A stretch of 64,000 bases of DNA from Octopus vulgaris (lineage: Eukaryota). The DNA lies in NCBI GenBank assembly GCA_951406725.2, contig OX597833.1, positions 68,448,001-68,512,000 of the forward strand, read 5' to 3'. Positions 54,694 through 64,000 of the stretch are shown one piece after another. The notes under the pieces were generated by a model that saw nothing but the letters and a program-made list of their open reading frames with translations, was not told the DNA's origin and searched no databases. Within the stretch, counting starts at the first letter, position 1. Every line of letters starts with the position of its first letter. The translations under genes were made by a program, and so were the position numbers.

Positions 54694-56699
54694 TGTATAT
54701 ATAAATGTATGTATATATATATATATTTGTATATATAAATGTATGTATATATATATATATTTGTATATATAAATGTATATATATATGTATATATAAATGT
54801 ATGTATATATACATATATATGTATATATAAATGTATGTATATATACATATATATGTATATATGTATGTATATATACATATATATGTATATATATATGTAT
54901 ATATATATATATAAAAGTATGTATGTATGTAAGTATATGTGTGTGAGTCTTGTGTGTGTGCGTGTGTCTGTGTATGCAATCAATGTGTCCCTTAAAAATG
55001 TAAAGATGGCGCATAATTCAATTGTTACATTGTGTTCCATTGATTGTAATATGGCTGACTGAAATGTAACACTAACCACTGCAACTCCTCATCGTCGTCT
55101 GACGTGTTCGACGAGGATTGCATGATCGAAATTAATAGTAGCACCGTTTTTTAATGTATATTGATGTGCGGTTACAATATTCGATTCGCAAATACGTGTC
55201 TTTGACTTCGAGTCCTGAGTGGCGAGTGTTTTGTCTAAACGCTTCAGGACAACGAATTCTGTGTAAATGGATTTTGGTGACCGGAAAGTTGATGAAAACC
55301 AATCGAAGAGTTTCTGCGGTTTGTTGTCTACGGCGGTCGGAGTTAACTTAATCGGTACACCAGCACCACCGTCACCACTACCACCGCCATCAACACCAAC
55401 ACTACCAACAACACCAACACTAACACCACGATCTCCACGATCACCACATAAAACCGCCACCACTGCCACCACGTAAATTGCCTTTTGTTTTACAATGAAA
55501 CATCAAATTGAAAACATAACCTCCTTTCCGAAGATAAGTTATACGATTACTATGACAACTCCTGAAGATGTAAAAAAGCGTCACAGAAGTTTGGTTTACA
55601 TCTGCGACGCAATCACTAAATTCTTAACTTCTTTGATGACAAGAATTACAATAACTCTATATTCTGTGTGGTTTTTAACAATGCAGTTACCGGTTTCTGC
55701 CACTTTAAGACGATCTGTTCATGCTGGAATAAAATGAGAAAACGAAATGAAATAAATTAAATTCATCTTTCATACTATCATTTTTAAAAAATTTCTGTAG
55801 AGGTTGCATTACATGGAGCAGCATATAAATGTATATATATATATATATATATATATATCATTTTTCCTGATGCTAATTGTTCCTGACAGTGTAAACAAAC
55901 ATTGAACAGCCAAATGTTTTCACCAATTTTGCAAATGGCAAGCTACATGAACATACATCAAATGTGAAAAATGTAGTCTAAGAGCAAAGGTATACATTGA
56001 TAAAATTTAATTTTGATACAGATCAAAACATTTTATAATCTTATGATTTAGTTACTTCGAAATATCTACTTCCTTTTCTATTCGTAATTCCATTCTGTTG
56101 CCAATGCAAAGATATCTGCTTCGAAATTTATTGACCTCTCTTTCTAAATTGGCGCTTCGTTTGGTTTTATTTTGATGCTCGTCTTTATAAATTCATATTC
56201 AAAACATCCGTTAAAGCTGAATAGCGAAACACATACCTTCATTGCTCTATCTATCTACCTATCTATCTATCTATCCATTTATCGACATATCTACCTATCT
56301 ATTTATACATCTATCTATCTATCTCCAGGTATATGTGATTGTCTGTCTGTTTATGTTTACTCACACATATACATGTATTCATGTACATACATTCACACAC
56401 ATCAGTGTCAACACACAAACCCCTCCACGCAGAAAACCGGGAGGAACAAGTCGTTTCTGAACGACAGCGACAGAATAAATTCCATTCTTCAAAGAAACTC
56501 CACTACTATTCTTCAGCACGACCGCGATCACATAACTGAAACACTAAACAATGCAATAGAGAGACACATGTTTGCCGAGGCAGGATAATTTTCATTCATC
56601 TAAGCGACATACTTACTAACTGTGCACAACGCCTCAACATGTCGTCACGTAGACGTTACTTTGTATATGTCGCTTCTCCTAATTTACGCACACATATGC

Positions 56700-57305
<606 letters not shown>

Positions 57306-59694
57306 GTGCATGCGAGTGTTTTATAATCTTTGAAGACAAGCATTTCAATTAACCTAGCCACACTCTAATGTCAATGGTGAAGGAAATATTTTTATTAAAA
57401 TCATGTTTGCTGCTCCTTTTTATACTTTAAAAACAAAAATCAAGTATTAAACCTTTTGACCAATAATAATTTTTTTCTCCAAAACATATTTACACCCTTT
57501 CTCGTGAAATATCAAAATATTCATTATCCACATCTGACCTATCAACAACTTAAATAATTTAATACATCAACGAAGTTAATAAGGAAAAGAGGACAAAAAT
57601 ACCAAAAAAAAAAAAAGAAAAATTAAAGATTAAAAACAACATACATTATCTTTATTTTCCAATTATATTTGCTTATTTTTTTATTTGTCAAATAAATTTC
57701 AATTTGTGTATGGCCCGACTGTCGAGCTATTTACAAGATATCGCTAATAAGTCTATTACGGCCTTTGAACTCTTATTTAACTCGTCTGTAATGTTTGTTG
57801 CATTTGTATTGTTTATTTTATTTTTTCTGAATAATTTCGTCTTGTTTTTTTTCTATTTTCTTTTTCATCCAACTTTTACGTCGTGTTCCGCCATATTTTA
57901 CTTATTCCTCTTATAATGTATTATGTTTATATATATAAGTTATCTTTTGTTTTAGTTCCTTTTGGTTTTGTAATAAGTTTCCTACGTTGAAAATATATAC
58001 ATGCCAGCAATATGGGTTTCAAATTTTAGCACGCAGCCGGCAATTTCGGGGACGGTTTTCGTCAATTACCCTGATCTCAGTGCTGGACTGTTACTTATTT
58101 TATTGACTGTAAAATGATGAGAGTCAGATTCGAACCCAAAATCATTTTAACACAAATGGAAGGAATAACGCTAAGCATTTTGACCGCCGCAGTAACGATT
58201 CTGCCAGTTCAACAACTATCTTTATCAAAATTAAGGTGATGAAATAGCAGAACCTGGGCATCAATATACCGCACATGACCAGATAGAAATAGCTGTCAAT
58301 TCTTTTTATACAACAACGGTACTTTCTACCATATCATGCTCATTTGCCAAGCGTCTTTGGCATGTGAGTAAGGCTTGGTTAAACGATGTGCTATGACTAG
58401 GCTAATTCTTTTAAGTGCCTTTGTAATCCCAAGCAAAATAGCTGCATTCCTGGTTCTCCTGCCCTTGACGAAGTAGAACCTGGATGATGTAACTATTATG
58501 ATGGATGGTGCACCACCTCTCGGTTGGCGCTTTATTTCACACAAGCAGACAAGAAAGCGAGCATTGCAGTGTTACCGAATGCTGTGTGACAATCTGTTGT
58601 CATCATGACTGCTGCCCACTGCTGTCTTAACACTGTAAGATGTGACTTGGACAGCTGAAACAACGGAGACTAGGAAGGTGTGGCAAGTAGGAAGTGACAC
58701 ACCTTGTGCTCTGACAACATTCTTGCGCCGACATTAATCCCGACTTCTTTGAACAGGGCCTTTGTACAGTTGAGAAAAATACCAGCAGCTTGCCGGCAAC
58801 AGCAAGGCGTAACTGGTTGTCATGATCGAGGTGGGGTTTGAAAAATCTTCCTGTGTACACAGTGGTTTTTAATAATTTCAATGAATTCCAAAATTTATCC
58901 GACGGAGAATCTTTTCAGGGATATCTATGAAGAAAATTCGTTTCAAAGTACCTTCTCCAATATGAAAAAATTGATATTTTCCAACCTCGTTCCTTTATAG
59001 AGGTAGCACTTAATAATCAGTGCTTTATTCAGCTACAATTTCTATCTTATTTTATTCCAGCAGGAATTATTTGTTTTATTTCGAATAATCCAATTTGGCC
59101 TTCACTTTCCGAAATGTTATTTTAGAAGAAAACAAGATGTAGTTTTAGGGCAGATACAGCTGCTGTTTCTTGCTTGTTGACACGTTTCGTCAAGCTGACG
59201 CGAGCCAAAACCTTTAGATCTTATTTAACTCCAAGTGAGACAAGAACATGTATACTTATGATCAAATGCAAGAACTCTGCCTGCTCGAACAACGGCGTAA
59301 ATGCTTCCACAATGGTTCGTCATATGAATTTTACTATGTATAATTGTTTAACATTCTTTCTCTTATATTCGGTGTGTGTTTGCATCAATAGACGTGTCTG
59401 TGTATGTTCATGAACATATGTCTATCTATGCATACATATTCTTTAATTTTGAATCGCATGCCCTAAGTAAGCAACAGATTTTTCTTACCATATGTTAATT
59501 TTCTCACTCTTTCTCTCTCTTCACCGTCTTCTTCATCACCTTATTCACTTAATCATCTCTCTTTCTCCCTACATTTCCTTCCTCGTCGCTTTCGTTCTTT
59601 TCTTCTTCTTCATTGCTTTTCTTTTTATCTTCATTCTTATAGAAAACACACTATTAACAAAAAAAAACTCAATTATCTCACTGTACATAAACTA

Positions 59695-59744
<50 letters not shown>

Positions 59745-59841
59745 TACATACATATATATATATACATACATATATATATATATACATACATATATATATA
59801 CATACATATATATATATACATACATATATATATATACATAC

Positions 59842-59896
<55 letters not shown>

Positions 59897-59955
59897 CATA
59901 TATATACATATATACATACATACATACATACATACATATACATACATACATACAT

Positions 59956-59991
<36 letters not shown>

Positions 59992-60522
59992 CAAACGAAA
60001 TAAGTGTTACTTCGTTCTGTGGAATGTTTGACATGGGAATGGAATCTTGTATTTGGCTTAGTTTGCCTGTAGCCAGCGCTGGGTTACAAGAAATACAGAC
60101 AAGACGACAGAAATTAAAAGAGAGTTGAAGAAAATTAAAAACAAAATTTACAAAGAACTTCGCGAACAAATACTGTATAACATCGTCGCTTTCTTTGTAA
60201 TTTATTGCGTTCTCCGTAGCCATAGTTCCCCATTCAGAATGTTTACGATTGGAAATAATGCCAATGAATAAACAATGTACATACACATACATAGATACAC
60301 ACACACACACACACATACATACATACATACATACATACATACATACATACATACTCACATACTCACATAGATGCATGTCTTACATAACATACGTATATAC
60401 TTACGTAACAAGGATACATTCGCACATATGAGCAAATGCAGACGTAAATTTTTATCGTTTAATTCTCATGTGATTCAGTCGTCAGACTGCGGCCATGCTA
60501 GATTATCGCCATCTGCCTGCCC

Positions 60523-60566
<44 letters not shown>

Positions 60567-60568
<2 letters not shown>

Positions 60569-60971
60569 CGCAGGAGTGGCTGTGTGGTAAGTAGCTTGTT
60601 TACCAGCCACATGGTTCCAAGTTCAGTCCCACTGCGTGGCACCTTGGGCAAGTGTCTTCTACTATAGCCTCGGGCCAACCAAAGCCTTGTGAGTGGAATT
60701 GGTAGACGGAAACTGAAAGAAGCCCGTCGTAGAAATGTATATATATATATATGCGTGTGTGTTTGTGTGTCTGTGTTTGTCCCCCTAGCATTGCTTGACA
60801 ACCGATGCTGGTGTGTTTATGTCCCCGTTACTAAGCGGTTCGGCAAAAGAGACCGATAGAATAAGTACTTGGGCTTACAAAAGAATAAGTCCCGGCGTCG
60901 AGTTGCTCGATTAAAGGCGGTGCTCCAGCATGGTCGCAGTCAAATGACTGAAACAAGTAAAAGAGTAAAGA

Positions 60972-60973
<2 letters not shown>
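60567..60973 (+). mobile_element. SINE family A, full length, between (TA)n tracts
   Basis: Complete copy with TA repeats on both sides. Confidence 0.92.
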
Positions 60974-61017
<44 letters not shown>

Positions 61018-61342
61018 AGTGAGAGACATAGAGAAAACCTGAGAGGGGGATAGTTGGGGAGAGATATGGTTCACTATGGCTGAAAAGTTAAGAACTTCGC
61101 CTCGTATCTATGAGATCCCGCGCTAAAATTATTCTCTATAACCTCACATCGATCCTTACGTCATCACGTACGTGTGCATTCATCATATACAACCAACATG
61201 TCGTCTACGTTCATATAGCAGTGTGTGCATGCAATTCTGAATTTCTATATGTCTGTGTGTGTGCTTCTGTGCGTGCATTAGAATTTTGAAATTCAGAAAG
61301 TTTAATCCTTACTTCGAGATTTAATATAGGGTTTCACGGCGA

Positions 61343-61376
<34 letters not shown>

Positions 61377-62073
61377 CATAATTATATAATCGTTATGTTC
61401 CGATAAAAGTTGCATTGACAAAAGCTCTCGGTGTTTGGTGCAAATTGCTGGTTGAAGTATGTTGACCAACTTTTTATTGTAGCCTACACTCTTGCATGTA
61501 GATCACTTTTCCAGTTCATATTCCTGAATAGGACATTTTGCGTCCCCAAAAGCGGTGAGCATAATTTCTTATTATCTATTAATTTTTTTTTTTTTGTGGA
61601 AGGTTCAGCCTACAATTTCTTTTTGGCTGAAGATTCCAGGTTTTTTTCCCACTCCTTACTCACCCATGAGGATTCTTGCTCAAAATGATAAATCTAGGTA
61701 CCTTATCCTGCGACTATTGCCAAAAAAGCTTTGCCTTCATCGTCTAGCGGTCAAGTGAGGGTTGAAAGATCTCCAAATGATTACACATATACACTTTGAT
61801 AAGCCCTCTTGGCGTCCATCTCGCAGAGACTACAGTGGTGGAAGAGGTTGGAAGTTGTTCCGTTTCCTCTTTGTGTTTCACGATTCTCTGGCGATTAAAA
61901 AAAAAGTCGCGATCCACTCTTACACAGTTTAACGTGGCATGGCACCGTATGTATGTATACTGCAAGCCTGGCGATGAATCTCAACCACCGAAATCGGATC
62001 ATTATTCTCCGTTCTACTTTGGTGCACACTGCCATTGGAACCACCGTGTTTACTCTATAACACAAGGGAGATA

Positions 62074-62212
62074 ATGTGCGTGATTAAGGTCAAGATTTAC
62101 TTAAATAACCGTAAAAAATACCACCCTTTCGCATGGAACTGCGGCCAGATAAAGCTTCTGCAAACGAGCGGATAATTTTTGACTTGCTCTTCTAATAACA
62201 ACAGTAAATATA

Positions 62213-62275
<63 letters not shown>

Positions 62276-62411
62276 CGTGATTAAGGTCAAGATTTACTTA
62301 AATAACCGTAAAAAATACCACCCTTTCGCATAGAACTGCGGCCAGATAAAGCTTCTGCAAACGAGCGGATAATTTTTGACTTGCTCTTCTAATAACAACA
62401 GTAAATATAGC

Positions 62412-62438
<27 letters not shown>
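62074..62438. repeat. Tandem duplication of a 141-bp unit, each followed by (TA)n
   Basis: 62074-62214 and 62271-62411 differ by one visible substitution. Confidence 0.95.
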
Positions 62439-62443
<5 letters not shown>

Positions 62444-62722
62444 CAGATAACAAAAAGGAATTCGCTAATAAGATATTAATAAAAAATAAAACTCATGATA
62501 TACAATGCCAAGTTTACTAGCCTTGCTCATAAGGGAACACAATTATTTCATAAACTATACTTGCTACCGTGCCGTTACCTATATGTATGCGTGTGTATGT
62601 ATGAATGTGTGCGTGTAGGCGTGTCTGTGCCTGTATGTGTGAAATATACATTCCCTCATAGATTCTGATTAGCTCTTCGAAGAAAATTCTTCCATCGACC
62701 AGCTGCTAATTCCCACAAAACC

Positions 62723-63249
62723 CAGCCTATTCTCAATTAAAAATATAAAACTTATATTTTGTGTTTCATAAAACATTTAAAAAAAAAGTTTTTTTCGGCA
62801 ATATCGATAAAATATATTGATTCAATAGCACCGTAATTATTCATATTTTAAATTTTATATTTTCCACTTTGCCCCGCAATTCGATGGCTTTTCTCAAGTT
62901 CACAAAAATTGCGTTTATACAACATTTAACGTCTACTCTCTCGCCCCGTCTTTCTTTTTCCTCTCTTTATCACAAACAGCCTATTCTCAATTAAAAATAT
63001 AAAACTTATGTTGCACGTGTTTCCATAAAACATTGAAAAAAAAAAAATAGTTTTTTTTTTCCTTGTGTCTCTGATAATCAATATATTGATTCAATAACTT
63101 TTTTTGTAATTATTCATATTTTAAATTTTATATTTTCCACTTTGCTTGTAATTCGATGGCTTTTCTCAGTTCTGTAAAAATTGCGTTTATACAACATTTA
63201 ACGTCTACTCTCTCGCCCCGTCTTTCTTTTTTCCTCTCTTTATCACAAA
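62723..63249. repeat. Diverged head-to-tail duplication of ~255-270 bp
   Basis: cagcctattctcaattaaaaatataaaacttat..cctctctttatcacaaa at 62723-62976 and 62977-63249, with multiple substitutions and indels. Confidence 0.92.
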
Positions 63250-63325
63250 ATATATGTATTAATACATATACACACATCTGTCTATCTATCTATCTATCTA
63301 TCTATTAATCTGTATATCTATCTCT

Positions 63326-63420
<95 letters not shown>

Positions 63421-63423
<3 letters not shown>

Positions 63424-63539
63424 ACGGGAAGCTTTATGAAAATAGATAAAAGACGAAGGCAGGTGGAAGACAAACGAACAATTGTATTAGTATGGCGCTC
63501 AGGAAATATAAATAAAACAAGTCTTTAACGTTTCGAGCC
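63421..63539 (-). mobile_element. Penelope-like terminal fragment truncated within hammerhead stem II
   Basis: Minus strand reads ggctcGAAACGTTaaagac...cctgagcg...ccacctgccttcgtctttt, homologous to 3742-3850. Abuts (TA)n. Confidence 0.55.
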
Positions 63540-63598
63540 CTTTCTTTTTTCCTCTCTTTATCACAAAATATATGTATTAATACATATACACACATCTG

Positions 63599-63632
<34 letters not shown>

Positions 63633-63710
63633 AATTAATCTGTATATCTATGAGACGCGAGAGCGAAATAAGGGGAGATAATAGGGTTGATAATAGGGTT
63701 GATGGACCAG

Positions 63711-63790
<80 letters not shown>

Positions 63791-63849
63791 GAGGGTACTT
63801 ACCATAAAAAACACGAGATACACACACCCATTCACACATGCACATATAT

Positions 63850-63992
63850 AGGACGGGCTTCTTTCAGTTTCCATCTAACAAATAAACTCACAAGGCTTTG
63901 GTCGCGATAGGGGTTTAGTGACACGTAGTAGGACTGAAACTAGAACCATGTGGTTGGGAATGAAATGTCTTACCATACAGCGATGGCTGCGC
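63850..63992 (-). mobile_element. Diverged SINE family A 5' part
   Basis: gacgggcttctttcagtttcc..actcacaaggctttggtcg..gaaccatgtggttgg..cttaccatacagc. Confidence 0.75.
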
Positions 63993-64000
63993 TTCTGTAG

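Noticed and set aside
55267-55476. Pro/Thr-rich ORF
   Set aside because: It derives from an (ACC/ACA)n low-complexity tract, with no domain or splice support.

Overview
AT-rich, repeat-dense, gene-poor eukaryotic DNA. The SINE families and the very high (TA)n/(CA)n/(AAT)n content resemble an Octopus (coleoid cephalopod) genome; this is recognition, not a search result. No host protein-coding exon can be supported: nearly all ORFs are microsatellite translations, and the rest are dead transposon fragments. Contents: about 12 copies of one tRNA-derived SINE (family A) with an internal TA/TG microsatellite; three other SINE families (B, C, D), some nested and with clear TSDs; a dead mariner transposase; two Tc1/mariner derivatives; a TTAA-flanked MITE; two non-autonomous Helitrons; RTE LINE 3' fragments; and several tandem duplications. 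The most interesting signal is a set of short Penelope-like elements that abut TA/CA microsatellites and carry minimal type-I hammerhead-ribozyme motifs. One forms a near-perfect 188-bp palindrome with a hammerhead on each strand (6373-6560). A ~1.67-kb tandem duplication has a mosaic junction that could be template switching or an assembly artefact.
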